IMG/VR virus record: IMGVR_UViG_3300034105_002043 | Location: 1 to 64,000 of that record | Origin: a virus | DNA length: 64,000 nucleotides | Reading direction: 5' to 3' (one strand) | In this document: positions 26,699 to 36,300 of the stretch, piece by piece | Numbering within the stretch: the stretch's first letter is position 1 | Layout: each line of letters opens with the position of its first letter | Notes under the pieces: generated by a model | Seen by the model: the letters and a program-made list of their open reading frames with translations, nothing else | Databases searched by the model: none | What the model was told of the DNA's origin: nothing | Position numbers and translations under genes: made by a program

Positions 26699-26863
26699 TT
26701 AGTCTAAAGGTTCTTCATTAGGAGGAGTATCATACGTTTGTATGATAACACTTCCACCTCTAATTTTTCTTACATTACGAGTAAGGTATTTCGCAAGGAA
26801 AAATCCTCCGATTGCAACACCAACAACGCCTACTGCTATTAAAATTTTTTGTGCTTTGGTCAT
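26699..26863 (-). CDS. 54-aa single-TM protein (not in ORF track)
   Basis: MTKAQKILIAVGVVGVAIGGFFLAKYLTRNVRK... Confidence 0.75.
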   Translation of the reverse strand: MTKAQKILIAVGVVGVAIGGFFLAKYLTRNVRKIRGGSVIIQTYDTPPNEEPLD

Positions 26864-27358
26864 TTATCGTTTTTTTCCAAAATAATTTATTGCTCCTGCT
26901 GAAAAGACTAATAAAAGACCTCCTGCAATTAAGCCACCCCAACCTATTCCTGATTTTTTTTTAGGGTCAGTTTTTGTGTCTTTTTCAAGTGCTTCTTTTT
27001 CTTCTAATTCTTTCTTCTCTAATTCTTCTTTTTCTTTTGCTTCTTGGGCTTGTTTTTCGGCTCTTTGTCTTGCCTCTGCGTCAGCCTTATTTTTAGCAAT
27101 TTGACGGTTTTTTGCTTCCGCCTCTCTCTTTTTAGCAACAAGGTCAGACAAATCTTCAATTAAATCATCTTGGGTGTCCGTAATGAATTCAACAATCTCG
27201 TCTAATTTCTCTTGCGATTCCTCTGTTGGGTTTTCATTGTGTTCCTCTCTTACGACTGCTAATTTTTGGTTTAGTTTACCTAATCCGTCTAATCTTTTAG
27301 CCATTGAAGCGGGTACTTTGTTGTCCAACGCTTTTAATAATCCATTAATTGTTTCCAT
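26864..27358 (-). CDS. Coiled-coil protein with C-terminal TM
   Basis: ORF track. Confidence 0.75.
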   Translation of the reverse strand: METINGLLKALDNKVPASMAKRLDGLGKLNQKLAVVREEHNENPTEESQEKLDEIVEFITDTQDDLIEDLSDLVAKKREAEAKNRQIAKNKADAEARQRAEKQAQEAKEKEELEKKELEEKEALEKDTKTDPKKKSGIGWGGLIAGGLLLVFSAGAINYFGKKR

Positions 27359-27392
27359 AGTGTTTTTTATAAAATAAAGTTAATTTTAACCA

Positions 27393-27400
27393 CAAATATA
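27393..27400 (-). promoter_or_regulatory. Bacteroidota-type -7 element (TATATTTG) heading the structural gene block
   Basis: TAnnTTTG in intergenic gap; TTTATTATATTTG identical to the site at 56677. Confidence 0.6.
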
Positions 27401-27454
27401 ATAAAATTTTAATAAGCAAGTCATTAATGCCTTGTTTTTATAAAAATTTTGTTG

Positions 27455-28114
27455 TTAAGTTTCTAATAATCTGTTTGCTATCAATTTTTGTCCGCTTGGT
27501 GTCGGGTGTATTCCGTCAGCAGTCATACTACTTGGAATGTTAATTTTTTCTACAATAGTTGCTCTTTTTATTGTTGTTGGTATTGAATTTTGAAAGTCAA
27601 TATATCTGTTTTTTAATTTAACCATTCCTGCTTTTGTTGGAACATAAGAGGTTGGTTTTAATTTATTTTCGTCCATAAACTTTTCAGCATCGTACCCAAC
27701 AATGACATAAGGCTCTGCGCCATTCTTAATCGAGAGGTCAACCATATCCTGAACATTCTGTAATGCTTTGTCTTTCGTAACTGCGCTAAACATATCATTA
27801 ACACCACCATATATGTATATTCTATCGTACTTGTTTGTTTTCAACTTTTCTGTAAGATTAGATAATAACCAATCTGTTCTTTTACCGCCCTTTGCTAAAA
27901 CATCAATTTTAATTCCTTTCGGTTCTAATTCTTTTTTTAACAGGTTGGGGTAAGTAAAAGTTACAGGTGTTCCGTTGTAATCAATAGCCGTTATAGAATC
28001 CCCGACAAAAAGCATACTTTTTGGTAACTTTTTGCCGAAGAATTTTTTTACAGTTAGATAAATTAATGCTAATCCAATAGCGGTTGTTACACCGTAAAAC
28101 AATTTTTTGTTCAT
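27455..28114 (-). CDS. SGNH/GDSL hydrolase with N-terminal TM
   Basis: FVGDSIT, GGVND, DGIHP blocks. Confidence 0.88.
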   Translation of the reverse strand: MNKKLFYGVTTAIGLALIYLTVKKFFGKKLPKSMLFVGDSITAIDYNGTPVTFTYPNLLKKELEPKGIKIDVLAKGGKRTDWLLSNLTEKLKTNKYDRIYIYGGVNDMFSAVTKDKALQNVQDMVDLSIKNGAEPYVIVGYDAEKFMDENKLKPTSYVPTKAGMVKLKNRYIDFQNSIPTTIKRATIVEKINIPSSMTADGIHPTPSGQKLIANRLLET

Positions 28115-28118
28115 ATTG

Positions 28119-31100
28119 TTACTTTTTTAATTGAGCAAATGCTCTTTTTTTAGCATCGTTCCAACTTTCGCCGTCTTTACGAATTTCTTTAGCCAAAATA
28201 TTTGCTTGTTTTAACATTTCGCTTCCGCTACGTTTTTTAGTTTCGCCACCCATTTCTTTTTTAGCAGGTTGCATTGCTTTTACTTTTCCTGCAACTTTGT
28301 CGCCAACCTCTTGGGCTTCTTCTTTTGAATAGTATTTACCATACTCTTCTTGATATTGGCTCTTTACAGGTTTTCCCTCGTACTGTTTTGCTACTTTCGC
28401 TGAAAGTTTGTCAAAGTTGGAAATTTTGCCACCTCTTCCAAAAGTTCCTGTTTCCATAAACTTTTTGAATTTGGCTAACCCTTTAACGTGTTGCTCCGAA
28501 ACTACTTTTTCAGTCAATCTTTTTGGAGAAGAAACCTCTAAAGTATAATTAGGGTCTTCGTAAGGCGTGTATTTAAAAATTTCGTAGCCTTTACTTCCTG
28601 TTGGTTCGGTTTTTCCACCTTGAGCAGAGGTAATTAATTTACCACTATAAATTTTAATTGTAGATAATCTCCAATCGTAATCATTGAAATTATCTATATT
28701 AGTTTCTGCTTTCCAATTACCCCTCATATCTTTTCTGATATAAGTTTCTCCGACTTTAGTTTCTGATTTTCTTGAAGCAGTAGGCGTTGGTTCTGCACCA
28801 ACAGGTTCAGCCCCTTTCTTAACCCAATATCCGTTTGCAGGTTTAACTTTGCTTCCGTCTTTTAATTCAACCTCAACAACATCACGTTTTGGAATATAGT
28901 TTGCTTTTGAAGATATATCCCCACCTTTAGCAAGTACGTTAGCACCATTTAAAACGTCAGCACCTTTATAGGTTACTTCTTTACCATTACGTTTTACTGT
29001 AACGGTTTTGATGTCTGCTTTTAAAATGTATTTTTTAAGATTTCCGCCTTTAGCAAATTCATTTTTTCCCCAATAACGATAAGTGTCTATCATTCTTCTC
29101 TGACCTTTTGGGGTTGTACTGATGTAAAATTCTATCTTTTGCAACTCCTCTTTTGGAATTTGAGTTTCTTTAACAATATTTATGTATTTATTATATTCCG
29201 TTTCATCAAAATCAGAATCTAAAACTTTTTGATACGCTTTTGCTAATTTTAGACTATCTCTTTCAGACCTTTCTTTAAAATTAAGTTTTCCGCCTTTAGC
29301 GTAAACGTCATTCATAAAACCACCGTCAGCAAACAAAAACTTAACATCTTTAATTAACTCATAAGTTGTTAAATCTTGATTGTTTTCAACTTTTCGTTTT
29401 AAATTAGAATAAAAGTTATCGGCAAATTCCACAGAAAGTTGTGGCGACATTTTAAAATCTTTTGGTAATCCTTTTGCACCATATTTTCCAATTTCTCCCT
29501 CATATATAAAAACGTGTCTTCTGTTATTAAACCCACTACTAATACCTATTGTAAATTTTCCTACTTGTTCTTCTTTGAAAATTATTTCTTTACCAAAAAT
29601 GCCATCAAAAGTTCTAACTTGTCCGCCGTCAGCGTAAACATCATTCATAAAACCCCCGTCAGCATAATTGTTTTCGGCTTTTACTAATTCGTTTAATTCA
29701 TCGAATTCAAATGAATATTTATCTCCCTCTTCATCTCTTGCTTCACAAGCACCATCATTATATACTTTTATAACTGTGTAAACAATACTTCCGTTGTTTT
29801 TATATCTAAAACTTTCGCCAACTCTAAATCTTGTCAAAGGTTTTTCAACGCTCCCACCGTCAGCAAATTTTTGTACGATTTGAAATTCAATACTTGAAAC
29901 TCTTGCAACAGAAAGAGCAAGGTGTCCTCTTAAAACATCTTTAAATGTTTGATTGTAGTTTAAATAGAAGAATTGAGAGTTTAAAAATTTCTCAACACCT
30001 GCTTGATTTTTATTTACTAATTTATTTACAAGCATTTCTGTTTCCTGTTCGTCTAATTCAATTTTAGAAAAACTATTTGGAACTAATTTTTCAACTTGTA
30101 AATTACCTAATGAAAAAGCAATTCCCGAATTAGACCAACCTCCGTAAAGACTTTCATAAGGAACTAACACACAACCTTTAAATTGGTCTTTTAATTTAAT
30201 TCCAAAAACATAAGTTTCTTTATTTCCGTATGAATCTTGCAATCTTACAATGTATTTTGCTATTGCTTTACCATTCATAACTTGTTTGAATCTATCAACT
30301 TCGTATTTGTCAAGAAAACCACCGTCAGCATAATTACCATTAATATTAATGTTTTCAACAAAAGACAATAAAGGCGATGTTACTACGAAATCATCTCCAT
30401 CGTAGTCAGATAATGCCTCAACAATAGATTCTTTATCAGAAACTTTTAAACCTCTTATGAAACCTAATAAATCATCAGTTACAAAGAATTGTTGGTCTTC
30501 TTCAAATTCATTATCGTCAGAATCGTAATTTTCTAACGCTTTCAATATTTGTTCTTTTTCACTTAAACTCCCACCATCAGCATATCCTTTTCTTGCAGGG
30601 GCATCAAATTTTATTTGCATTTTGCCATCAGTACCTCTTGAAAAAGTATCGAACTCTTTGTCAGTTATAAAATACTCTTTTCCGTCAACTTTAATTCTTG
30701 TTCCACCTGTACCTGCTAATTTATAAAAATCATCAGCCACTTTTCCCATACCTAATCCACGATAAGTAATTCTACGTTGTTCAAGCCTTTCTTTAAAATT
30801 TGGTATGTCTTTAACAGAGGTAACAACCATTCCGCCTTTAGCGTAAACATCATTCATAAAACCTCCGTCAGCATATTGATTTATATTTTCAACGATTATT
30901 TGTTCTTTGTAATCTACATTTCCTTGCCATCTTGGTCTGCCATAAGACCTAACTATTTTGAAAGTAGTTCCATCTTTTAAATCAACTGAATATATATCTT
31001 CATAATAAGGGTAACTATCGTTATAAGGGTAATTTTTTCCTTTTTCAATTAACTCAATATTTTTAACTACGTTTCCTAATTTACTTGTAATGTACTTATT

Positions 31101-33314
31101 CAACTCGTCTTTATTGGTTATTGTGATATAGCCATCATCTTTTTTTCCTGCCATAATGCCTTTGTAGAATGATTGCCAATAAGCATTTAATTTTTCTAAA
31201 TCTTTATTGTCAATTTTACCACCTTTAGCGTATTTAATTTTACGAAAAATTTTCCAATTTTCATTTGGTCTTTTTATGTAAAAATTATCATTTTCTATTT
31301 TAAAATCATTAGTACCTCTATTAACTATTTGTCCATCAAAAATTTCTTTTTCATTTTTAAATTCGCTTAATAACCTTTTCATACTAACATAATCACCAAC
31401 ACCTCCGCCTTTGGCGTAAACACTCGAAGCCCCTGAATTATCAGAAACAATTCCTCTCGAACCTACATTATCTCCCGCAGTTTTAAAAATTTGTGTTCTT
31501 AACTCTTTTAAGTCTTTTTCATTTATTGTAAAAGGAGTTAATTTATCCATTTGGAAATGCACAAAGTAAGCCCCGTTAGAATGACTTTGGCTCATTAATC
31601 CACGACCTGTTGACAAATCTATTTTACCTATTCTTGTTTCAGATTGAATTGTAATAATTTCTTTTGAATCATCTTTACCAATTGGATAAACACTAAAATC
31701 TTGAGATTTTCTCATTCCTGAAATTTTCATTTCAATTGAAGCAGTTCCCAATATGTTTTTACTCAAACCAAGAATTTCTGCTTTGGCAACTTCTCCGCCT
31801 TTAGCCATTGAAACTATATTATCAAAGAAATCGAAACTTTCAGTATATGAAATATCAGCCACCTTATCAAGTAATCTTTTTGAACTTAAATAAGAAGCCA
31901 TTTCAGATATGTAATTTTTTTCTTTGCTTGAAATAGGCTCGTTTTTATTTATTTTGTTTTTTAAATTCAAAGCCTCTGTATATGATATATCAGACATAGA
32001 ATCCCCAATACGTTTGTCAATTTTATAGTTAATCATACTTAAAATTGAATTTTTGTATTTTGGATTTACAGTTCCTAAACTTCCGCCTTTAGCATAAGTA
32101 CTCATATAACTTGAAACATTTGGGATAGTTCCGTCAAAATATCCGCCGTCAGCATATACATTATTCATAAAACCACCGTCTTCAAACTTCGCATTATTCC
32201 AACTAAAGAATTCAGAGTTAGCAGTAAACTTTTGTTTACCACCCTCACGGCTATAAGAAATATCTCCTACTTCCTCTCCGTCCCCGTCAAAAATGCTAAA
32301 CACGGCATTTGAAACCCCGTTTTCGTCAGAGTTAATGATTGGCTCAACTTCGTATTGTTCGTCCTTGTAATCAAACGTATAGTCATCTCTCAAGTCAATT
32401 CCCTCCATACCTTTTAAGAAACCTTTCAAGTTCCCCATAGCATCGTCAGTAAATTTTTTGGTCAATTCTTCTTTTGTTCCCGCAGACACGTTTATTGGTT
32501 CGACAACTTCTTTGTTTTCAATTTCTTCCATTTCCATTTCATCATCGTCATCGTCATCATCATCTTCCCCTAATTGGTCTTCCATTTCGTCCTCCATTAA
32601 TTCTTTTTGCCCGTCAAGGTAGTGAGTAATGTCTGAAAGGTTTTGAGTTGCAGTTTCCATTTTTGCAACCACCCAAGCAGGAACAGGTATTTTATCTTCT
32701 AAAATATCCTCTAACTCCTCGTGATGATGCTCTACCTCAACGTTTTGATTCATAATCATTTGTTGATTATCGCTAAAATCTTCTATGTTTCCGCCGTCAG
32801 CAAATTTTTTAATAAATTTTACGTTATCTACTACAACATCTTGTAAATTTCTTTTATAAGAATGTAAATGATATTGAACATCGTAAATTCCTTGAACATT
32901 TCTTGTTTCAATTTTAGAAACTAAATAAACATTGTCTTTGTAAACAACTTTATCTCCCTCTTTTATTTTTTCAATGTTGCCACCGTCAGTATAATATTTA
33001 CCCTCCCTCAAACCATTGTAAAGTTCTAATGCGTTTACAGGTTCAAAAGACAAATCTCTTTCAAACCCCCAACCCATTCGGTTTCGGTAATTTTCAAGTT
33101 CACTTCTTCCTACGCTACCTACTTCAGCACCATATCCTAAATCAACAATAGCCCATAGATATTCAGGGTCTTCAGGGTCAGAATTTAATATGAACCAAGT
33201 TCCTGCCCCATACGGGTTAAATATCTTGGCTACAACCTCTTGTTTAGAGAGGTCGCTACCAAGTGAATATTGTTTGAATAATTGTCTGTCTATTGTTTTA
33301 TTAAATAACTTCAT
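28119..33314 (-). CDS. Giant polyvalent protein or polyprotein (N-terminal DUF2958-like; about 20 PhixxGG motifs)
   Basis: KIFNPYGAGTW...EVGSV...ERDLSF; recurrent YADGG/YAKGG/FADGG. Confidence 0.8.
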   Translation of the reverse strand: MKLFNKTIDRQLFKQYSLGSDLSKQEVVAKIFNPYGAGTWFILNSDPEDPEYLWAIVDLGYGAEVGSVGRSELENYRNRMGWGFERDLSFEPVNALELYNGLREGKYYTDGGNIEKIKEGDKVVYKDNVYLVSKIETRNVQGIYDVQYHLHSYKRNLQDVVVDNVKFIKKFADGGNIEDFSDNQQMIMNQNVEVEHHHEELEDILEDKIPVPAWVVAKMETATQNLSDITHYLDGQKELMEDEMEDQLGEDDDDDDDDEMEMEEIENKEVVEPINVSAGTKEELTKKFTDDAMGNLKGFLKGMEGIDLRDDYTFDYKDEQYEVEPIINSDENGVSNAVFSIFDGDGEEVGDISYSREGGKQKFTANSEFFSWNNAKFEDGGFMNNVYADGGYFDGTIPNVSSYMSTYAKGGSLGTVNPKYKNSILSMINYKIDKRIGDSMSDISYTEALNLKNKINKNEPISSKEKNYISEMASYLSSKRLLDKVADISYTESFDFFDNIVSMAKGGEVAKAEILGLSKNILGTASIEMKISGMRKSQDFSVYPIGKDDSKEIITIQSETRIGKIDLSTGRGLMSQSHSNGAYFVHFQMDKLTPFTINEKDLKELRTQIFKTAGDNVGSRGIVSDNSGASSVYAKGGGVGDYVSMKRLLSEFKNEKEIFDGQIVNRGTNDFKIENDNFYIKRPNENWKIFRKIKYAKGGKIDNKDLEKLNAYWQSFYKGIMAGKKDDGYITITNKDELNKYITSKLGNVVKNIELIEKGKNYPYNDSYPYYEDIYSVDLKDGTTFKIVRSYGRPRWQGNVDYKEQIIVENINQYADGGFMNDVYAKGGMVVTSVKDIPNFKERLEQRRITYRGLGMGKVADDFYKLAGTGGTRIKVDGKEYFITDKEFDTFSRGTDGKMQIKFDAPARKGYADGGSLSEKEQILKALENYDSDDNEFEEDQQFFVTDDLLGFIRGLKVSDKESIVEALSDYDGDDFVVTSPLLSFVENININGNYADGGFLDKYEVDRFKQVMNGKAIAKYIVRLQDSYGNKETYVFGIKLKDQFKGCVLVPYESLYGGWSNSGIAFSLGNLQVEKLVPNSFSKIELDEQETEMLVNKLVNKNQAGVEKFLNSQFFYLNYNQTFKDVLRGHLALSVARVSSIEFQIVQKFADGGSVEKPLTRFRVGESFRYKNNGSIVYTVIKVYNDGACEARDEEGDKYSFEFDELNELVKAENNYADGGFMNDVYADGGQVRTFDGIFGKEIIFKEEQVGKFTIGISSGFNNRRHVFIYEGEIGKYGAKGLPKDFKMSPQLSVEFADNFYSNLKRKVENNQDLTTYELIKDVKFLFADGGFMNDVYAKGGKLNFKERSERDSLKLAKAYQKVLDSDFDETEYNKYINIVKETQIPKEELQKIEFYISTTPKGQRRMIDTYRYWGKNEFAKGGNLKKYILKADIKTVTVKRNGKEVTYKGADVLNGANVLAKGGDISSKANYIPKRDVVEVELKDGSKVKPANGYWVKKGAEPVGAEPTPTASRKSETKVGETYIRKDMRGNWKAETNIDNFNDYDWRLSTIKIYSGKLITSAQGGKTEPTGSKGYEIFKYTPYEDPNYTLEVSSPKRLTEKVVSEQHVKGLAKFKKFMETGTFGRGGKISNFDKLSAKVAKQYEGKPVKSQYQEEYGKYYSKEEAQEVGDKVAGKVKAMQPAKKEMGGETKKRSGSEMLKQANILAKEIRKDGESWNDAKKRAFAQLKK

Positions 33315-33326
33315 AGTATTTCTAAA

Positions 33327-36300
33327 TTAATCGTTTTTATGTGTGTTAGATGTAGGCATTGGTAATTCTTCAATGAACTCAAATGCTCTTGGGTTAATTT
33401 TTGCAAAACTTTCAGGATTTCTGTTTTTTGGCGTGTAACCCATAGTCGCTCTTACTCTTTTATCATCGCTCAAGTCTATGTTTTCGTCAAGTGGCTTAAT
33501 AACAACTTTATTGCTTTTGCTACTTACATTGCTTGTTAAGTCGATTGGTTCGTCAAAAGTTTCAACATAAACTTCCATTTCAGGGTATCTGTAATTAAAG
33601 TTGTTATCTGCTCTCATAAAACCCTCGTTGTCTTCAAACATACCGCCGTCAGCATAACTACTAACTATGTCAACACCCCAATAGCCATTTCCGAACCATT
33701 TTTTAGTTAGTGTTTTAGAAATAAATTCTTCAACATCAAACTTATCTAATCCACCACCTTGAGTAACTCCTACGGGAATTTGGATTTCAACAACAATTTT
33801 TTGTGAATAGTCTTTTTCAAATAATGGTTTTACGATTGTTACACCCCAATAACCATTACCAAACCAATTATTAGTTAATTTTTTTGACAAAAATTCAGTA
33901 AATTCAAATTCGTCTTTAACAACTCTTTCGTAGTTATAAGGAACTTTAATTTCTGCTAAAAATTTACCTTTTAATTCTCCGCCGTCAGCATAAACATCAT
34001 TCATAAATCCTCCGTCAGCCATAATTTTTTTACCGCTTTCATCAAAAACTTCTATTTTACTAAATTCATCATATTTTTTGTATCTGTTAGCGGTATCAAT
34101 AGCCATCTCCAAAGTTTCTCTAATTTCTGATTGCTTTTCCCCACCATCTAAATAGGTAATTTTAAACTTACCTTTTGTTTTTCCGTATGGTTTAAATGCT
34201 ACTCCACCGCCGTAAGCCATTTGACTTAAATCAAAGTTCATAGCCCAATTATCAAAATCTCTTACATTATTTGTATATCCGTACTTGTCTTCTAAAACTC
34301 TAACTTCTTTTTGACCAAAATTTTCATACAAACCTCTTGATTTTGCTTTTGTTATTAAAGCCTTTTTCATTTTTTGTATGTCTGCTATTTCTCCGCCTTT
34401 AGCATAACTATCGTCATCAAAAGGAATACCGAAACTACTAACATTATCGTCTTCTTCATCATCAATGTCGTCATAATCATCATTGTCATACTTATCCCAA
34501 GCGTCTTGCCAAGTTTTGCTTACAAAATTAAAGTCATCTCCTGTTACTCCCTGAATATGAAAGCCATAAATATAACCTCTTTGCATACGGGCAATTTGAA
34601 AATCTACAATTCCTTTTTCAGTATATCCCTCTTCGGTTTCTCTATCAGAGTTACCTTGTATAACATCGCTTGGTTTCTCATATTCCCAAACCCAAAAATC
34701 TTTTTTTATAGTATTATCAAGTTTATCGTAAAGATTAAATCCATCTTTATCTTTAACTTCCCCGCCGTTAGCGTAACCATACATTTCTCTTGACGATTCG
34801 TCCCATTCTTCCTGTGAAATTTGCATTTCAGCCAATTCAGCCAATTCAGGGCTTAATTGAGAATAGTCGCCCTCAACAGTATCTATTAAAACTTGCAACG
34901 CATCAACTTTACTCATACTTTTTGAGTAGTTTTCGTATTGCATTGTTTCAAAAGGGTCTAAATTATCTAAATCAAAATCTTCTAATTCAGCATCAATGTC
35001 ATTTACTTCCATTTGTCCGCCGTCAGCATAGCCAAAAGATTCTCTTTGCTCAATATCTAAAAATACCTTGTCTAAATTTTTATCCTCGTGTCTTGAAAAC
35101 CATTGAGATTTTGCAGGTAGAGAATTTTTAGCAGGGGAAACCCCTCTTATGTCTTTAACTTTTTCAAAGTCTTTTTCAGTCATAAACATAATTGTAGTTC
35201 CTGCACTTGTATTAGCCCCGCCAAAAGAGTACAATGAAACATACTTTGCATCGCCTCTATTAATTTGTTGCGTTGCTCTATGGCTTCCTGAATTAACAAA
35301 AACATAGCCTTTAGGGGCAACTAATTTATTTGAGTCTTTTTTTACAATTGAGGTAGGAGCATTACTACTAACATTTGCGTTTTTGCTTTTAGATTTTAGT
35401 TTTCTAAAACCTTTTAATTTATACGACTTTGGATTTTTATTACCATAATCATCTTCTAATTTTATTTCTGAAAAATCTTTATCTATTTCATAAATAAATC
35501 CCTCTGTGCCATATACAATACTTCCTTGTTTTTCAGTTTTTTTTACATAATCGCCTATTTTAAAACTTTCATCTACATTATTACCACCACTTCCGCTAAT
35601 AGGCTGATAATCTTTTTTTACCCAATATCCATTTACAGGCTTGATTGTTTTTCCATTTTTAAGAGTAACTGAAATTACATCACGTTTAGGAACGTAAAAT
35701 GCAATATTAGTTAAATCTCCGCCGTCTTTTAATAAGTTTGCACCATTTAAAACATCGCTACCTTTAACAATTCTTCTTGAGCCTTTAATCATTAACGCTA
35801 CATAATTTATATCTTCGTTGTCTATATATTTTTTTAGTTTTGAAGAAGCAGTCGCTTTAGCACGACCTACCATAGAATCAAATTCTCCGTCAAGAAGTCT
35901 TTTGTAAATTCCCTCATAATACTCAATCATTTCGGTATCTTTTCTTTCTTTTCTCATATCTATAAGACGGTTTGCGCTTTCTTTCATTTCAGCCACAACT
36001 TCAGGAGTAAATTTTCCTGTATCGCCTTTTTCTCCTAATTTAACAAGATTATAACCTGTACTTTGATAATTTTTATCGTATGTGAATATAGGCGTGTTAC
36101 CTGTGGTATCAAGTCTTAATTCTCCATAATCCCCATTAACAGGGTCGCCATAATTATTCATTACAGTAGCGTATCTTTTTTCATCTTTTTGCCAAACAAC
36201 ATCTCCTGTATTAAATTCAACTGTTCCTACAAATCCGCCACTTTCAAAATATTCATTATACTCGTCTTCGGTTAACTCGTTTTCAATAAGCAAGTTTCGC

